Made by a program: the position numbers and the translations under genes. From Psilocybe cubensis (lineage: Eukaryota), in the NCBI GenBank assembly GCA_017499595.2, contig CM039002.1, positions 3,410,001-3,474,000 on the forward strand: a stretch of DNA of 64,000 nucleotides, written 5' to 3'. Positions 38,087 through 52,443 of the stretch are shown in pieces. Under the pieces are notes generated by a model. It was not told the origin of the DNA. It was given only the letters and a program-made list of their open reading frames with translations, and ran no database searches. The first letter of the stretch is position 1. Each line of letters begins with the position of its first letter.

Positions 38087-39576
38087 ATCGACCGTAAGAC
38101 AGAGCAGAGGATGGATGGCTTGACCATGAACGCATGAACGCTATAATATATTATTATCTACCCGAACGCTAACCGTTAAGCGATCGATTGTAAAACTTCC
38201 CTCGCAATCTTTTCCTCCTCCATCATACTACGTGGGTATTTGGAGTGTTCAGACCTCAGACCCGGGGTATAACAATGATTGATACTGCGTCTTCTTCAAA
38301 ATAGATTTCGAGAACGAACAGTTGTTATGACAGAGGTCGAGTTCCATGACTATTTGCTGCCTCTGAGTTTTTCCAATCATTCCGTGCACATCGACGTGTA
38401 AACAACAACCATTGGTGGTATCATGGAGATAATGAAATTATGCACCCTTAATTTAGGATTCGCACTCAATCATCTTACCACAGAAATTGTTGCTATTCTA
38501 CATCGGTAACATTTTTTGATTGCCAGAGGTAGTGACTTTTTTGAACGTGTTTTGTTTCTCTTTTAGCTTCGTACTTAGGGTTGTGTTCGCTGCCATCCAT
38601 GATCCCGGAGGTTATCACCGTCAATTTTAGGGGTCCGGCCCTGGTAATGGCTGTGTAGGGTGTGGCTGTGCATCTTTTCAATCTTTGTTTCTCGACCTCT
38701 CTCATCTGGCTTCCAGGAATGCTGGCAGCTCTCTCGCGCTTCAATGTACTCCAATCAAACTGTACTGCTCGTGGGTAGAATGGGTGGAAAATGAGAGTAT
38801 GCGTTAGCAGCCAAAGAAGAAAGGTTGTACGTATTACATCGCAACCTATCATTTGGGCGCAGCAATAACAATCAATAGCACTTTTACTCCTCTCAGGAGG
38901 AATCAAGACCGCTATTTATGCTACTGCTACATGGTTCGCGCTCTCTCACTGGTACCAACGGATTGTTCTACTGGAAGGATCGACTCGAGGGCATACCACC
39001 CCCCTTTTACGATGAGGCGCGCTTCCGAGTCTGCGAGGATTACTCTACCTTCGCCCAAGGCCACGACCTGCAGCGACACAGGTCCCAATAAATATGGTAT
39101 CCTGGAGCCATGGGCGTTCTCGATGCTCCAAATATTCAGGAACAAATTTGCCGCCTATGAACAAAGCTTCCAATTTGTGGCACATATCGCACACCGCTGT
39201 ACGCAATGGAACACCCGTTTGTGATCGACCTCTCATTACGCAAAGACAAGATCAACTTGTCGCTGGTGACGCCGGAAATATATGTCGAGCCTTATTACAC
39301 TAAAAAAGACAATCAGGAAACGCCATTGCAATGACCGTATGCAGGTGGGTGTGATTTGCTTCAATTTTCTTTGGGTCATGCTAGCTTGTACAAGGAATCA
39401 CGGAACGCTCAGACGCCTGTGGAGTGTGTTATCCCAAACTACGATTATCGCATTCACAAACCGCAAGTTGGCAGGTATCTATCGCGTTTAAATCGTTGGG
39501 GAGTCTGAACCAAATTTAACGTTCGCGGCAGTTGGCTCAAGTGATGCAGTCACCCGAACATCGCCACTACTTTGGT

Positions 39577-40124
39577 TTATAGTTTTGCAGTCGTTGTGAT
39601 CCCGTGTATGAAATGTTGCTTCAGCTCTGGCCATAGTTGAGTCTTGGGGACTTTATGACAGTTAAAGGTATGCAGACACGGAGAAGGAAACGGAGAACTT
39701 ACCCCAGTCGAACTCCTCGTCCAAGGTGCCTGCAGCAATGATGCGAATCTTGCCCGCCACCGCGCGCTTGTCCGACGACTGCAGGAAAACGTTGGAGCCA
39801 CACTGCGAGCAGAAATACCGGCTGAGGACGTTCCCGCTTGCCGTTTCATGGTCGTGATACACCTTCAACTTCTCTTGTCCCTCCGTTACTCGCAGTTTCT
39901 ATATTGATGGGTGAGGACTATGAAACTTGCAAAGTAGTGAGAATACACACGTCTTCGGTAAAAAAGACGTTCGTCATGAACGCAGAACCCGTCGCTTTCT
40001 TGCAGTTTTGACAATGGCATATTCGGAACGTGATGGGGTCGCCAGCTACTTCATACTTCACTGCTTTGCAGAGGCAAGAACCTGTTCTCACTTTCGTGGA
40101 TCTGTCAGAGTTGGTGGAAGACAT
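39577..40124 (-). CDS. GFA / Mss4-like (CENP-V family) zinc-binding protein, 3 exons
   Basis: GSCLCKAV, CHCQNCKKATGSAF and RYFCSQCGS motifs; last exon VPKTQLWPELKQHFIHGITTTAKL*. Confidence 0.92.
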
Positions 40125-40362
40125 TGGATGCAAGATGTTCGACGGTGACTTGTTCTCCGAATTCGGGTATACGCGCTGAAGTTTAAACTATCGGGTAACC
40201 TTCAGCAGGTGAGCAGCGAGATGCTGGTTCAATGCATCATGAGATGACATATCCTGGCTTGACATGAACTGGTGTGTCATTGCCTCGTGGATATCGTCGG
40301 AATCCGGTTCACGGGTATTATATAACCGGACTTTTATCAACTTTTATCAACACACAACACAA

Positions 40363-40590
40363 ATGGAGATGTCAGACACCACCTCAGAACGGGAACCGTA
40401 TAGAGAAATATTCAGCATACTTGTTGTCCTGACTATACCCATGATATACATACTGTTTTTTTGTGCAATTTTCATGCTCCTCATATCTAAAAATACCTCC
40501 AAAAACAAAACACAAATGACAGAAAACGCGGATTCTGTCCACGGTAGATATATGTCAATCTCGTCACTTTGTGTTCAAGTTGATACGTAA
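40363..40590 (+). CDS. Possible 75-aa single-TM protein
   Basis: ATG in CAAATGG context ~40 nt after TATATAA; hydrophobic stretch IFSILVVLTIPMIYILFFCAIFMLLIS followed by Lys residues. Confidence 0.3.
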   Translation: MEMSDTTSEREPYREIFSILVVLTIPMIYILFFCAIFMLLISKNTSKNKTQMTENADSVHGRYMSISSLCVQVDT

Positions 40591-40746
40591 AAGCCAGCAG
40601 ATATTGTGTGATAAAGTATATAGCAAGCTGACAAAATTGTAATAGAAAACTGCATTAGCGGCGCAATTGGGGTAGATGTTCATGACAAGCTAGGTCCAGC
40701 CCTCGAGAGAGCTTCAGTATTCGTTATTTGAGTCTTCCGCTGTATA

Positions 40747-40975
40747 CACTGCGGGCGATGACTGCTGTAAGTTGAACAAACAGCCATTGTTTTACATGTT
40801 TTATGTAAGTTCAGCTGTAAGTTCAACATACAGTCTACTTACACTCAAATAATCGCCTTTTATGGAAATTATTTGAGTGTAAGTCATGATGTATGTCGAA
40901 CTTACAGCTGAACATACATAAAACATGTAAAACAATGGCTGTTTGTTTAACTTACAGTAGTCGTCGCCGGCAGTG
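40747..40975. mobile_element. Non-autonomous fold-back MITE with CACTG termini (CACTA/CMC-EnSpm-like)
   Basis: Inverted arms 40747-40853 and 40868-40975 (~107 bp, few mismatches) with a 14-nt spacer. Termini CACTG...CAGTG; identical ATA trinucleotide on both flanks. Confidence 0.85.
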
Positions 40976-41732
40976 ATAGTGCATCTACGTATCCAGTTTA
41001 CTACTCTGATTTTTTCATGTCATCTGTATATAATCAGAATTGCTCCTGCTCAATAATTTACAAATACTTATTTATAGCGTTTAGACGGAAGACTATAAAG
41101 CAATGTGAGGTTGTGGAATATAAAATCAAATTCGTCACCATTATCCCTCAGGCACTTCTACTTTAGATTCATCTTTTAACTTGCTGCTCGTTCTCTCATA
41201 CTCCAAATGTACATCTATAATGCTTTGGGATTAATCGTCTGCATTCACTTCGCGTCGACTTTAAGCAAAGCAGAGCCAGTACGCTTCTGATTGTTTGGGC
41301 CCACGTTGTCAACATCCACTGATCATTTTCAAGATTCCCAGTAAACCCATTTTGACGACGCAAACTTTCACCTACACGGCCACTCAAGTGTATGATGATA
41401 TTATTTCAGAGTCTCCGTACTGGGTGACAAGGACATCGGTGTTCCCTTGGACGTGAGTCTTCTTGAACCTTGGATTGAAGCCTTTATGACATCTACTATG
41501 ATAAAGCCAAACTGTGACTGCGACACTCTGAAGTATTCTGATTCTATTACACTATCTATAAAGAGAGTAAATATACGAAGGCTACTTCCAAAGGCCTACC
41601 GATATCATCTCATGACTTCTTCTTAAATTTAAATTATTGTTCTGTTCATTTGCTTCTCTCTCGTCCAACAATGGGCTATTTTGGCTTCTCCTCCATATAC
41701 AAGTATACATCGGAAGAACATTTGAACATCAT

Positions 41733-43555
41733 CTAGTTTGACCTGTGTCCCCCTGCAGGAAGCTCAGTAAAGCTACTGTTGGTTCTCAAAGCCAGGGGAC
41801 GGCGAGGATAGAAATACCAATCTTCATGGAATGAGAACCTTTTGTCCGCTTTAAGCCTGGGCATACGAAGAAGAATATACTCCAGCTTTCTGTTGTCGTC
41901 ACTCGGTAAGATCCAAGTGATGTCGACCTTCTCCAGGCCAGCAAGATTTTCAGCCAGCAAAACATCTTCCCAATGGCCATACCCATCGTATTCTTCGACT
42001 AAGTCATTCTCGTCTTTTCCGTCACCGTAACCACCTGGAAGGTCAACGATGATTCCGAGAGTTCGTAAGCAGTTTGGCTGACTGATGGATCCCATCCCGT
42101 TAAGGAACCACTCAATCTCACATCCTTCCCCTTGGAGGGGAGTTTTGAAATTTAAGTGAATCTTGAGCATAGTGAGAGAAGGCAGAATCGATATGTCGAT
42201 GGATCTTAAAGACGTTCCAAACGGAATTTTCTCTGTTTCATCAGTCAGTTCTACTCAGCTTAAAATCATAGCTTAGATAAAAGCGTACCCGGGAATCGAG
42301 AAATATCCTTCGTCGATAGCTTCACAATAGCCAGACTATTTGCGCAAACATTCAGTAAATCACCCATAATTTGGATGTCTACAGCGCTCCGAAGATTCAT
42401 GTTTAGAACTTTCAACCGAAATACGTTTGTTAGCGGAGGCGAGTGGGTGATCGACTGTCTGAGCACCTCTCCGCCATCAATAACGTCACAGATATTAAGA
42501 GTGAGGGGTCCCTGGGAATCATCATACTCTTCGTCCTCGCTATCTACGTATCCGAATTTTCCGTCTGAATTTTTCCAGTGGTCATAGATCCCTTCTTGTA
42601 TCGTCTGTAGCTGGATCTTTTGTACTCTTATTGGTGATGAAGCACTGCCTTGTTCTTCGGTTGGCTGCTTCTTCTCGTACCCGTGTCCAATCTTAACCAC
42701 ATTTCTTGTCGCAGTTTCATTAACGCTTATACCGTCTTTTATGTAGTCCGCGAACCCCACTTGGGATAGAAACACTCTCCTGAGATTAGAGCACACCTGT
42801 AAAAATTTCGCGGAAATTCCAACAACCCCCCTCAAACGCAAGTTCGTTACTACCGACGACGTCAGCGCCCTCTGAATTGCCCCGTTGTACATTTGGTCGA
42901 ATAGGCGTATATCGAATAGATGACGCCGGCCGTCAATGACGAGCTTCTTGATATTGTACGAGTGAAACATAATGCGACCCAGATTAGGGTCGTGGTATGA
43001 ATACGAAGGATACAAAATCTTTAACTTTCGAATGTCCCTCTGAAGCTTCTGTGATGGCAAAAGATCACCATCATCCAAGTCAGAATCGTCTTCTTGACTC
43101 GTGGAACAAGCTTCGACTTCATTCAAGACGAACATCGGAGAATTTATCACCACCAATGAGTGAATACAGCTCGCTGCCTCCGGCAAGAGGCACAAAATCC
43201 TGGATAGGTCTTGTGATTTCTGGAGAGCCTTCCATGGCATATCCAGGTAATTGAGGGTAAGCTCAATAGACTCTCCGTTAGTTAATCGAGTGGCCAAAGG
43301 ACGATGAAAGGCCGTCGATATGGACGCAAGAGAAAGTAGATCATCCATGCTGCAGGAATCTGCGATGAGCCGGTGGCACTCTGAAGATAAGATGTGCGCG
43401 AATTTTTGCGCTGGCCTCGGTAAATATTTCCGCATTATCTGTGAATCCAAGCTGTATGAGCCTATGGTATGATTAGACTTTGGTGTTGTACATCCCGCAG
43501 TTGGTGTGAAGACTGATGTGCACGTTGGTGAGCCACCCTCAACGGGCGTAATCAT
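41733..43555 (-). CDS. Divergent F-box-like / LRR-like hypothetical protein, 2 exons
   Basis: Long ORF with F-box-like ILSSECHRLIADSCSMDDLLSLASISTAFHRPL and LxxLxL repeats. An intron (~42234-42288) joins it to the 41733 exon. Start could be 43555 or 43435. Confidence 0.7.
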
Positions 43556-45238
43556 GCTAGTGGCAAAGAAATAAAACACTAGAAAGTGGCATGTGAGGGG
43601 GGTCTGTAAGAGACTTTCAGGATATGTGCCAGCTTTATAAGGTGTTCGGGAGTGTAGAATGGCACCCCATTCTATTTTTGAAACTCAGAATCAAATTATC
43701 ACCGACTCATAGTTCAAGTAGGTTCATGTCGAACGTTGAACATCCATTTGTTTGAACTCGAAACGGCATGGCCCAGGTCCTAACTTGTACATACACTATG
43801 TCAAGTTCCATATAATTGTCCTGAGATATTTTGAGGCCCCAAGCTCCCCCGTGTCGTGATTTTTTTTTGTCTATTTATATCGGGAATTTGGACACCGCCA
43901 AGACACAAAAATGGTTGGTGCAAAATATTTGCTGGTTTTGCGGTACAGAAACTGATATAATGGGCTATATATTTCTTACTTTATGTGCGGACTTGGGTCA
44001 TCCCCAGATTGCTTAACACGCCTGGTTTATTTTGATTATCCATCGGACACCGATTGGCGCCTGTAGACAGCTATTAAAGTGGAGCTATTAATAGCCTTGA
44101 GTCTCGACAACGCCAAAAAGCCCCTAAAGCTAAACGCCGATTATGCCGAACCAAGGAAATAGGCCAAGCATTACAAATTTTTCGCACGCAAACACAACAT
44201 TCACGTGGCACCTTCCAGCATGGGGTTTGCTACCGCCGTGGTTTGCCCAACAACAACTTCTTACCCATGTATACTTTACATGCAACTCTCCTCAAATCTT
44301 CTAAATGTTTTCGAATCATTATCGCAGTGTTTACTCACAAATACACATAAAAGATGCTATCAATCACCTCTGTATCTCTAGTCAAGCATCTGAATTCATG
44401 TGCTGCAATGAGTCCGCTAACATTTTGCATCCGCGATCATTCAACGTGGTGCCGGCTTCTCCAGCACCCCGCACCACCTCCAGCACCGCTGGCGCAACGC
44501 TGGCGTGCTCAATATAACTCTCCATCTTTTACCTTTTCGCAAAATGCTCCCTCTAGCTAACCCGTTACTTTGTTCATGAGTGACTATGCAGCACCATCAC
44601 ATACTGGGCGAAATCGTAAAATCTTCTTTTCCATGTAAGCCGTCCAACCATCCAATCTCGTGGTATATTTACAAACTTGATTATGACCAGGAGATATACG
44701 GCTCTGTAGATACGAACGCGTAGCGCCATGGCAATTTGTCTCCACAACGTATGATTGACGCTGAAGTGTGCTTCTAATATTGATCGGTGTGTTTAAGATA
44801 TGTGCGCTGAAGGCGATGTCTAACGCCTTTCTTTGTATGGTAGGCTTCTGCGTATGCCCGTAGGGCAGCATCCACGTGTAATCGCAGGTTTTCCAGTGAG
44901 TGTTATGATATGCGAAATGCGACAGCATGGGCAGCAAAGGTGTACCATTCGTTCAATTAAGGCGCATGATAACCAAGAAATCAGGTTGTCCATACAAATG
45001 CCTCTCTTGTTGCGAATGTGTCGTGTGCCGTATCAAAACTTACTTCCCTACCTTCTCCCTTAAATGCTTATGAACAATATATTCATCTGCTTTAGCGGCT
45101 AAAGCGAATTTATTGGCACTGAACCGAACATCCTGTGTCGCATGGAACGGTGTCGCAATCTTATCTCTATGCATGCTCCAACGGCTGAAAATGGGTCGAT
45201 GTCCTCGACGATTCCGATTTCGCCATTTCATACAATGG

Positions 45239-45245
45239 TATAAAA
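45239..45245 (+). promoter_or_regulatory. Putative TATA box of the fungalysin gene
   Basis: TATAAAA 50 nt upstream of ATG 45289. Confidence 0.4.
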
Positions 45246-45288
45246 TACATGAATGCCTCATCGCAATCCCCATTCCTTGGACTTCACG

Positions 45289-47716
45289 ATGGTGGCCTCA
45301 AAGAGATTCCTCACTTCTGTGCTCATTGCCGTTACCTACTCTTCGGTCGCATCCGCCTTCCAAGCCAAGGAGGATGCGTTCAGTCACTCCACTCATCGTG
45401 TTCGCCACATCAGTCGGGAGTTAACTGTGGAGACTTATCATCCAGAGTCTTCGTATGAGGTATGTAAATGCTTCTCAATCGCTTATCTGCACCAAGCTGA
45501 ATGCATGTTTTATTGGTCTTAGACGTTCACGGAAGGTTTGGCTCCCCGGGACTATGAACTCGATGCTCGTGCTCCCCGAGACCTTAACTCCACTGCTCTT
45601 GCTTTTGTCCAAGATCGTCTTGGTGTCGACGCCAGTTCGGTTGGTTTTAAAAGCGGTTATACTGACAGGAGGGAGAAATTTGCCTGGGTTAAACAATACC
45701 ACGTATGTCCTACATCTATCGTTTTCATTTCATATACTGATTGACTTCACAGAGAGGCATTCCTTTCGTCAACGCTGTGGCCAACGTAGCCTGGAAAGAT
45801 GATAAGGTCGTTGCCTTTGGGAACTCTTTTGTCAAGCCTAGTACGTCATTATTTCTGTACCATTTGCATGGCTCGGTGTTTTAAGCAGCACATCCCCTTT
45901 AGAAACCATTGCTGCTTCCCGTCCCACAATCCCCGCCAGCTCTATCATTGCCAAGGTCGAAGCAGCCTTCGACGGCAAATATAACAATTGGCCCATTTCT
46001 CTCAATTATCTTGCTCGTCCCGACGGCTCTGCTGCTTTAGTCCACGCTGTACAAGTCCAAAACGAGGAGGTTAACAGCTGGTTTGAGGTCTACGTTGATG
46101 CACACTCCGGAGAGATTCTGTCCGTCACTGACTTCGTTGCCGAGGCTACTGTAAGCTTGATCTTTTCTTCGATGTTAAACACCGTACCTAATTAGTTCTG
46201 CAGTACAAAGTACTCCCCCTTCACAAGCGTGCTATCACGGAAGGACTTGAGACAGTAGTTGATCCTCAAGACACATTAGCTTCTCCTTCGGGGTGGCACT
46301 CTACTGGTACTACGTCTTTCACCACTACTGAGTAAGCTAGCTACCGTTTTTGATCTTCCATCTTATATTTACGCGTCATTTATTAGGGGAAACAATGTTG
46401 TATCCTACAAGTCGTCCGTGTCCTCGACCACCTCCCAAAGTAGCTCAGACTTGGTGTTCAACTACACTTATTCTCCTGCCGATGCTCCTTCTGCCACTGC
46501 CAATCTAAACGCCGCACGCGTCAATGCCTTCTACATCATCAATGCCGTACACGATCTCGCATACCGTTACGGTTTCACCGAGACCGCATTCAACTTCCAG
46601 CAAAACAACTTTGGAAAAGGAGGAAAGGCGAACGATCGTGTTAGGATATCGGTTCAGGATTCTTCGGGAACCAACAACGCCAACTTCGCCACTCCCGCTG
46701 AGTGTGTACCATTTATTACACTACTGAGCGACATCTGATCTGTTATTCTCTATAGCGGTCAATCGGGACAATGCCGCATGTATATCTGGACGTACACCAC
46801 AGTGAGCCACTTCCTCTCCTATTACTGATACTTGGCTGATTGTACCTTCTTTTCAAGCCCAACCGAGATGGTTCTCTTGAGAACGATATCATTGTCCATG
46901 AGATGACCCACGGTATTACCAACCGCATGACTGGTGGTGGAACTGGCTCCTGCCTCCAGACCACGGAGGCTGGTGGTCTCGGAGAAGGCTGGTCAGACGC
47001 CCTCGCTTCGTAAGCTTTTTCTTCGGGTTTGTATCTCCATTTATTTATGCCCAAGTAATTTTCTAGATGGACAGAGCAAAAGTCGGGCACTATCACTGAC
47101 TTTGTTTTGGGTGACTATGTCACCAACAACCCCAAGGGTATCCGCACAAACCCATACTCCACCAGCAAGTAAGCCGCGTGTTTCTTTCATAGCCTCTTTA
47201 TATGATCAAACTAACACACAACTTCCTTTTAGAACCACCAACCCCTTGACCTACGGATCCATCAAGTCACTCACTGCTGTGCACAGTTCGTATCTATACA
47301 TTTTTCTCTGTTAACAAGTCCTCAATGTGTTTTTACAGGGATCGGCGAAGTCTGGGCCAACACCCTCCACAATGTGTATGCTGCACTTGTGGCTGAGCAC
47401 GGATGGTCCGCCACCGCTAAGACCAACCCCGATGGAACCGAGGGTAATATCGTCTACCTCCACCTCTTCCTCGACGCACTTCGCCTCCAACCTTGCAACC
47501 CAACATGTATGTTCCCTTTTCCCCCTACGCCGTTATCGTTTGACCGACCGTTTCTTCCTTCTAGTCTTGACCGCTCGTACTGCTTGGATCCAAGCCGATG
47601 CTAACCGCTATGGAGGTGCCAACAAGTGCTTGCTCTGGAAAGCCTTCGCCAGCCGTGGCCTCGGTGTCAACGCTGCCAACAAAGTTGACAACTTCGATGT
47701 TCCTGCTGGATGCTAA
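45289..47716 (+). CDS. Secreted fungalysin (peptidase M36) metalloprotease, many exons
   Basis: Signal peptide [26 protein letters not shown] propeptide [43 protein letters not shown] (HExxH); [22 protein letters not shown]. Confidence 0.96.
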
Positions 47717-48305
47717 ATAATTTAATGTATATTTATCAAATAACGGTAAAACAGTTGTAATTTATAGGGCTTGGGGTACACACTGTCGGGAATAATGTAA
47801 ATTCATAGAAACTTGACTGAAAATGGCCTTGTACATCTTCACCCAGAGGAAAATTGTCAACACATGTCAACACATCAACAAACGTGCGCGGTGGTGGAAA
47901 TTGTTCAAGTCAGACCAGATCAATCATCCGCCCTACCCTGACGCAAGGTTCCCATCCCCAAACCATTCGGCATGGCCAAGTAAAATCTGGCCACCTATGA
48001 ATGCCTATTTATAAATTGCGGGGATGGACAAAAAGGACCTCTCAAGCGAACCACGCTTGCAATGAAGAACGTTCGAGGCAAATAAAGGCTTTGCATTGAC
48101 AAAAAAGCTCGTTTATCTCCGATCTACTACCATGTCCGCACGGTGCGCTGGGATGTGCTCATGACCACTGTATTTCAGCTTCACACCAGGGAGATTGTGC
48201 CTCCTTTTGCAACGACGCATCGCGGTATGGTGTCAGAATGAAAGGTATATATCGTGTGCCTAACCGACAGGATCCTTGGATGACCCTTGACCTGATAATA
48301 TCGCC

Positions 48306-50296
48306 ATGCACTCTAAATACCCGAGCTTGCTTTCCCTTGCCGTTATTGCTAGTCAGTCCTTTGCAGCGCCGGGTCCTTATGAGTCTCGTGCAACGGTGGA
48401 CTCAGTGTCAGCTACTCTCGATGGTGTAACGTATATCAACAAGGTGTGGCATATTTTTGTGTCCTGAGTGTCGACAGCAACGGTAGCATTCGTTTCCCAG
48501 GGACTGGTTGGTTTCGGGCTTATACCATCAAACTTCACTGAATCGACGGGGGACACACTCGGTGGATTCGGAAGTGCAATTGCAATAAAACGGGGAACTT
48601 TCAGACAGAGAAATGGTGTTTTTTCGGGGACATTGCTAGCTAGACCTGATCGTGGATTTAACGTGTACGTGTCACTCATATTTTACTCTGTCATTCAACG
48701 ATTGATTTTAAGCTGAGTAGAGACGGAACGATTGATTATCAAGCTCGGCAGCACGAAATAGATTTTCTGCTGACACCCTATTACGGTTCTACAAACCTGA
48801 CATTTCAGGCAGCTCAAGAAACATTAAAGATTACTTATCGGAATACGGTGCTACAGTTCGACAGGCTTCACAAGAAGACAAGTGGTCTGGACCCTACTGC
48901 GGTGAGAAATGCACAATTTGGATCCAACATCATCCCCTTCTTGGATCCAGCGATGCCAATCGTCTCTAAAGACGATAACAGACTCGTTGTTGACGTCGAA
49001 GGGCTAGTCGCAAACGCTGATGGAACGTGAGTTCCCTATAATCTAACTTACAAGTCTGGTGAAGTGGATTTAACTATCTTTTTAGATTTTGGGTTAGCGA
49101 TGAATACGGGCCTTATATTTACCGTTTTTCAGCAACTGGTCAACTTATACAGACTATCCAACCCCCTGATGCTTTTCTTCCCCGTGACGCATCTGGAGCG
49201 TTGAACTTCACCTCAGAAGTCAATCCCATTACAGGCCGTTCGCCAAATCAAGGTATAGTGTTCAAAAAACAGTTGTATCAAACTGGGGCGCTGAAAAAGG
49301 TTCAATGATTATTAGGATTTGAGGGTTTGACTTTTGACGATTCAACCAATACCCTATATGCTATGCTGCAATCGGCCACAATCCAGGATGGAGGGTCTTC
49401 GAAGCCCACAGCGCGTAACACGCGTCTCCTCGCATACGACGTCGGAAATCCAGCTGCGAAACCCAAGTTGATTGGAGAATGGGTGGTTCCGCTCCCAGGC
49501 ACCGCGAGCAAAGGAAATGTCCTAGCGTGCAGCGAAATCAAATTCGTCAGTAAGGGAATATTTTTAGCACTTTCCAGGGACGGTGATGGACATGGAGGAG
49601 GCGACAACAAGTCGAGCTACAAGTGCGTTCGCCAAGCGTGCAGTTCTTGACTCTATGACATTCTCATTTTTATCCACTTTTAGGCACGTTGATTTGTTTT
49701 CTATATCTCAAGCTACCGACATCCATGGCACCAAATTTGATAACCCTGCTAACCCAGTCTCTCCTGGAGGAGTACTTGACAGCAGTATAGTTCCTGCTCA
49801 ATACGTTTCCTTCGTCGATTTGATTGACCCCGTTCAACTGGGTCGGTTCGGGCTACACAACGGTGAGCTTTCGTGGTGCCATCGCTGGCCTAATATCCTT
49901 CTCACCCGCTTTGCTGATCATATATTTTAATAACACTCAGGTAAACCCGCAGACCCAACTCTTATCGATGCAAAATGGGAGTCCCTTGCATTGGCGCCAG
50001 TGAACGATCCGCAGTTCCCAGATGACTACTTCTTGTTCACAGTTGTAAGTCTTCTAATTCTATCACCCCATTGTTCCTTCTTTTGCTTTCGTCCTATAAT
50101 TTCTCCATCTGGCCAAATTGTGTTCTCATCAACTTGTCGTGATCAGGCAGACAACGACTTCCTCACCACGCAGGGCATATCTCTTGGGGAACCGTACAAT
50201 GCTGGTATAGACGTCGACACCCAGTTCATGGTCTTCCGGTTGACAATGCCAAGCATAGTCAAAGGAAGTGTGCAGAGGTCGATTGGGATACTTTGA
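48306..50296 (+). CDS. Secreted phytase-like esterase (esterase-like activity of phytase domain), multi-exon
   Basis: Signal peptide MHSKYPSLLSLAVIASQSFA; GDTLGGFGS, PDRGFN, DVEGLV, FWVSDEYGP, NQGFEGLT, MLQSATIQDG, KWESLAL, DNDF. Confidence 0.9.
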
Positions 50297-52443
50297 ACCT
50301 TCGTGGATGAAAAAGACGTACCCGCGTAAATATAAGTCTAATTTATGTTACAGTTTTTCGGAAACGTAGTACATATAGTTCCAAGGAACGAAAAAACAAA
50401 TGTATTCAAATTGTGACTGGCTGTGTTTTGTGTCCCGGCGCCTCCTGGTGCCAGACGGTTTGTGAGTGGTCGACTGCCACCTAATGTGAAAATCCTGATT
50501 GGGCGGATAGGACTCACAACGGACTTGTGCACCAGCGTCTCATTTTCGCGTGGGCCAATCGGCCTAACTCATGCCCTAGGTTTGTGATTGGATGGCTGAT
50601 GCTCAGCGCTGACTGGCTTTCGGACGTCGGAGACGCGGAGACGGACATTGGAGTAACTAATCCGACCCCGTTCCGTTGCATTTCAGCTGAAGTCAGGGGC
50701 GTTATACATTACCCCTGACTTCACAGGGCATGATAGTTGTTTAAAATGAACCAATTCCGATTTCAAGAACTCAGTGTTCAGCAAGCGCCCATGACTACAC
50801 TCGACCTGCTACAAGCGATGCTCTACTTTTTGACCGTGTCGGTGTTGTCGACTTCGATCATTGATGTCGTCCCTTGGTAGGCAGATTTACATAATGATTT
50901 AAAATAAATTCTGACAGGCGGAGCGCCAATCAAACTTGGGCCTGGGCTTCAAGAGAACATCAACAAGGATGTGAGAAGATTCGTCACTTGAGATCTCTTG
51001 AGATGGACCCAAGATGGACCTTCAGTTGCATAGTTGTGCCTAGCGGCTCGCGCAAAGATGGAAATCAAGCTCAAAATGAGTCACAAGCTGCCTCAAGTTC
51101 GTATCATTAACCAGATATATTGCGCCATAGAATCACAGACGTTTATCGAAAGGCACAGAAAGGTGCACAGCCCTACCAGAGTAATGATTAGACCTTTAAC
51201 CTAAGAATTCGGGGAAGTCTGAAAATGTACGCAGAAGCGTCTCATATTGACTTGATGATCTACAGACGAGGACTTCTAGTCAGGTTTAGTTCTGCTTCTT
51301 TCATTATGGAACCCATCGGGATTTCACGCCTCAGAGCAGAGTTGGGGGAGAAATTTGGAATTGGGAAAGAAGGAGGGAGGTTGACGCAATGCAGTGTAAT
51401 GACATATGTAATAAAAACGTGTACGAAGATCTTCTGCAAAAATTAAATTGGGAGGTATTTGGAATAGAGAATATTGACGCTCACAATTCGGAATACAGAA
51501 GATAAAGGAAGATAGACGCTGGCAATCGATTTGCAAATACAAACTCCAGTCATATATAGAGTCGACCATGAGAAGAAAGAACTTCGTCCACCTCCAGTCT
51601 CAACGTGCAAAACGACCAGGACGGCCCAGCACCGATGTCGATGAATCCAGAGTCAACTTGTGTTTCTTGGCCTAACTGAAACGACCATGTGCTGCCGGCG
51701 TCGTCATTTCGAACATCGATGGCGTATGCGCGAAGTTGGCACAAGTTATCTGCTCCAGCGCAGTTGTGCCCTGTGCTCGTTGACTAGAATCGGAGCAACA
51801 ACTTTGCATTTCATTGCGCACGGCGTGCCTGTATACAATGTGCATCTGAGATCTTTAGCACCACATCTCGAGAGGAAGAGGCCAGAACAAAGTCTTAGCA
51901 CAGAGGAATAGGATCGGAGTATGAAGCGGTAAGAAGAATTGAGCCGGTTTAGCTATGGAAGCTCCTAGCAGCACACCATGAAAGCCATTCTTGGAACTTT
52001 GTTAAAAGTTTTCGATAGCGGTGGTAAGCGAAACGCAAGTCGAGAGGTGGGCGGGAGACGCGACAGAGTGGCCAACGCATGTTTATTCCTAATGCGATTA
52101 CCAAATACTGGAAATTCCATCATCCGAGCATACAGACATGTCGGCTCAAATGTTCACGTCCATGTCTTGGCAATCGCGTATAGTAAAATTGAACGGGATC
52201 GGTGGAGGCGCTCACTCAAATGGCTTGTGGATTTCGGACGACATCTGTGCTTTTACAGCTCGCCATCCTGGCATAATCCGACGAATATTGCGGGTATCAA
52301 CATGTAAGTATTTAAAACAGCCCTTCGCGAAAGAAAAGCCAACTTTTAGTTCCCCCACTCCTCCCCTTCCTCCCCTCCATTCCCTTCATTTCCTCTCTTC
52401 ACGCCGTGTTTTTGTATCATAAAGGCGAGGGAGATATTCCGGA

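Noticed and set aside
38493-39491. Several short ORFs between the DUF6533-type and GFA genes
   Set aside because: Stops in all frames and no recognisable domain; at most a decayed remnant
50338-52422. ORFs upstream of the MUP1-like permease, and a possible riboswitch
   Set aside because: No coding signature; no TPP aptamer consensus (CUGAGA with ACCUGAU) seen
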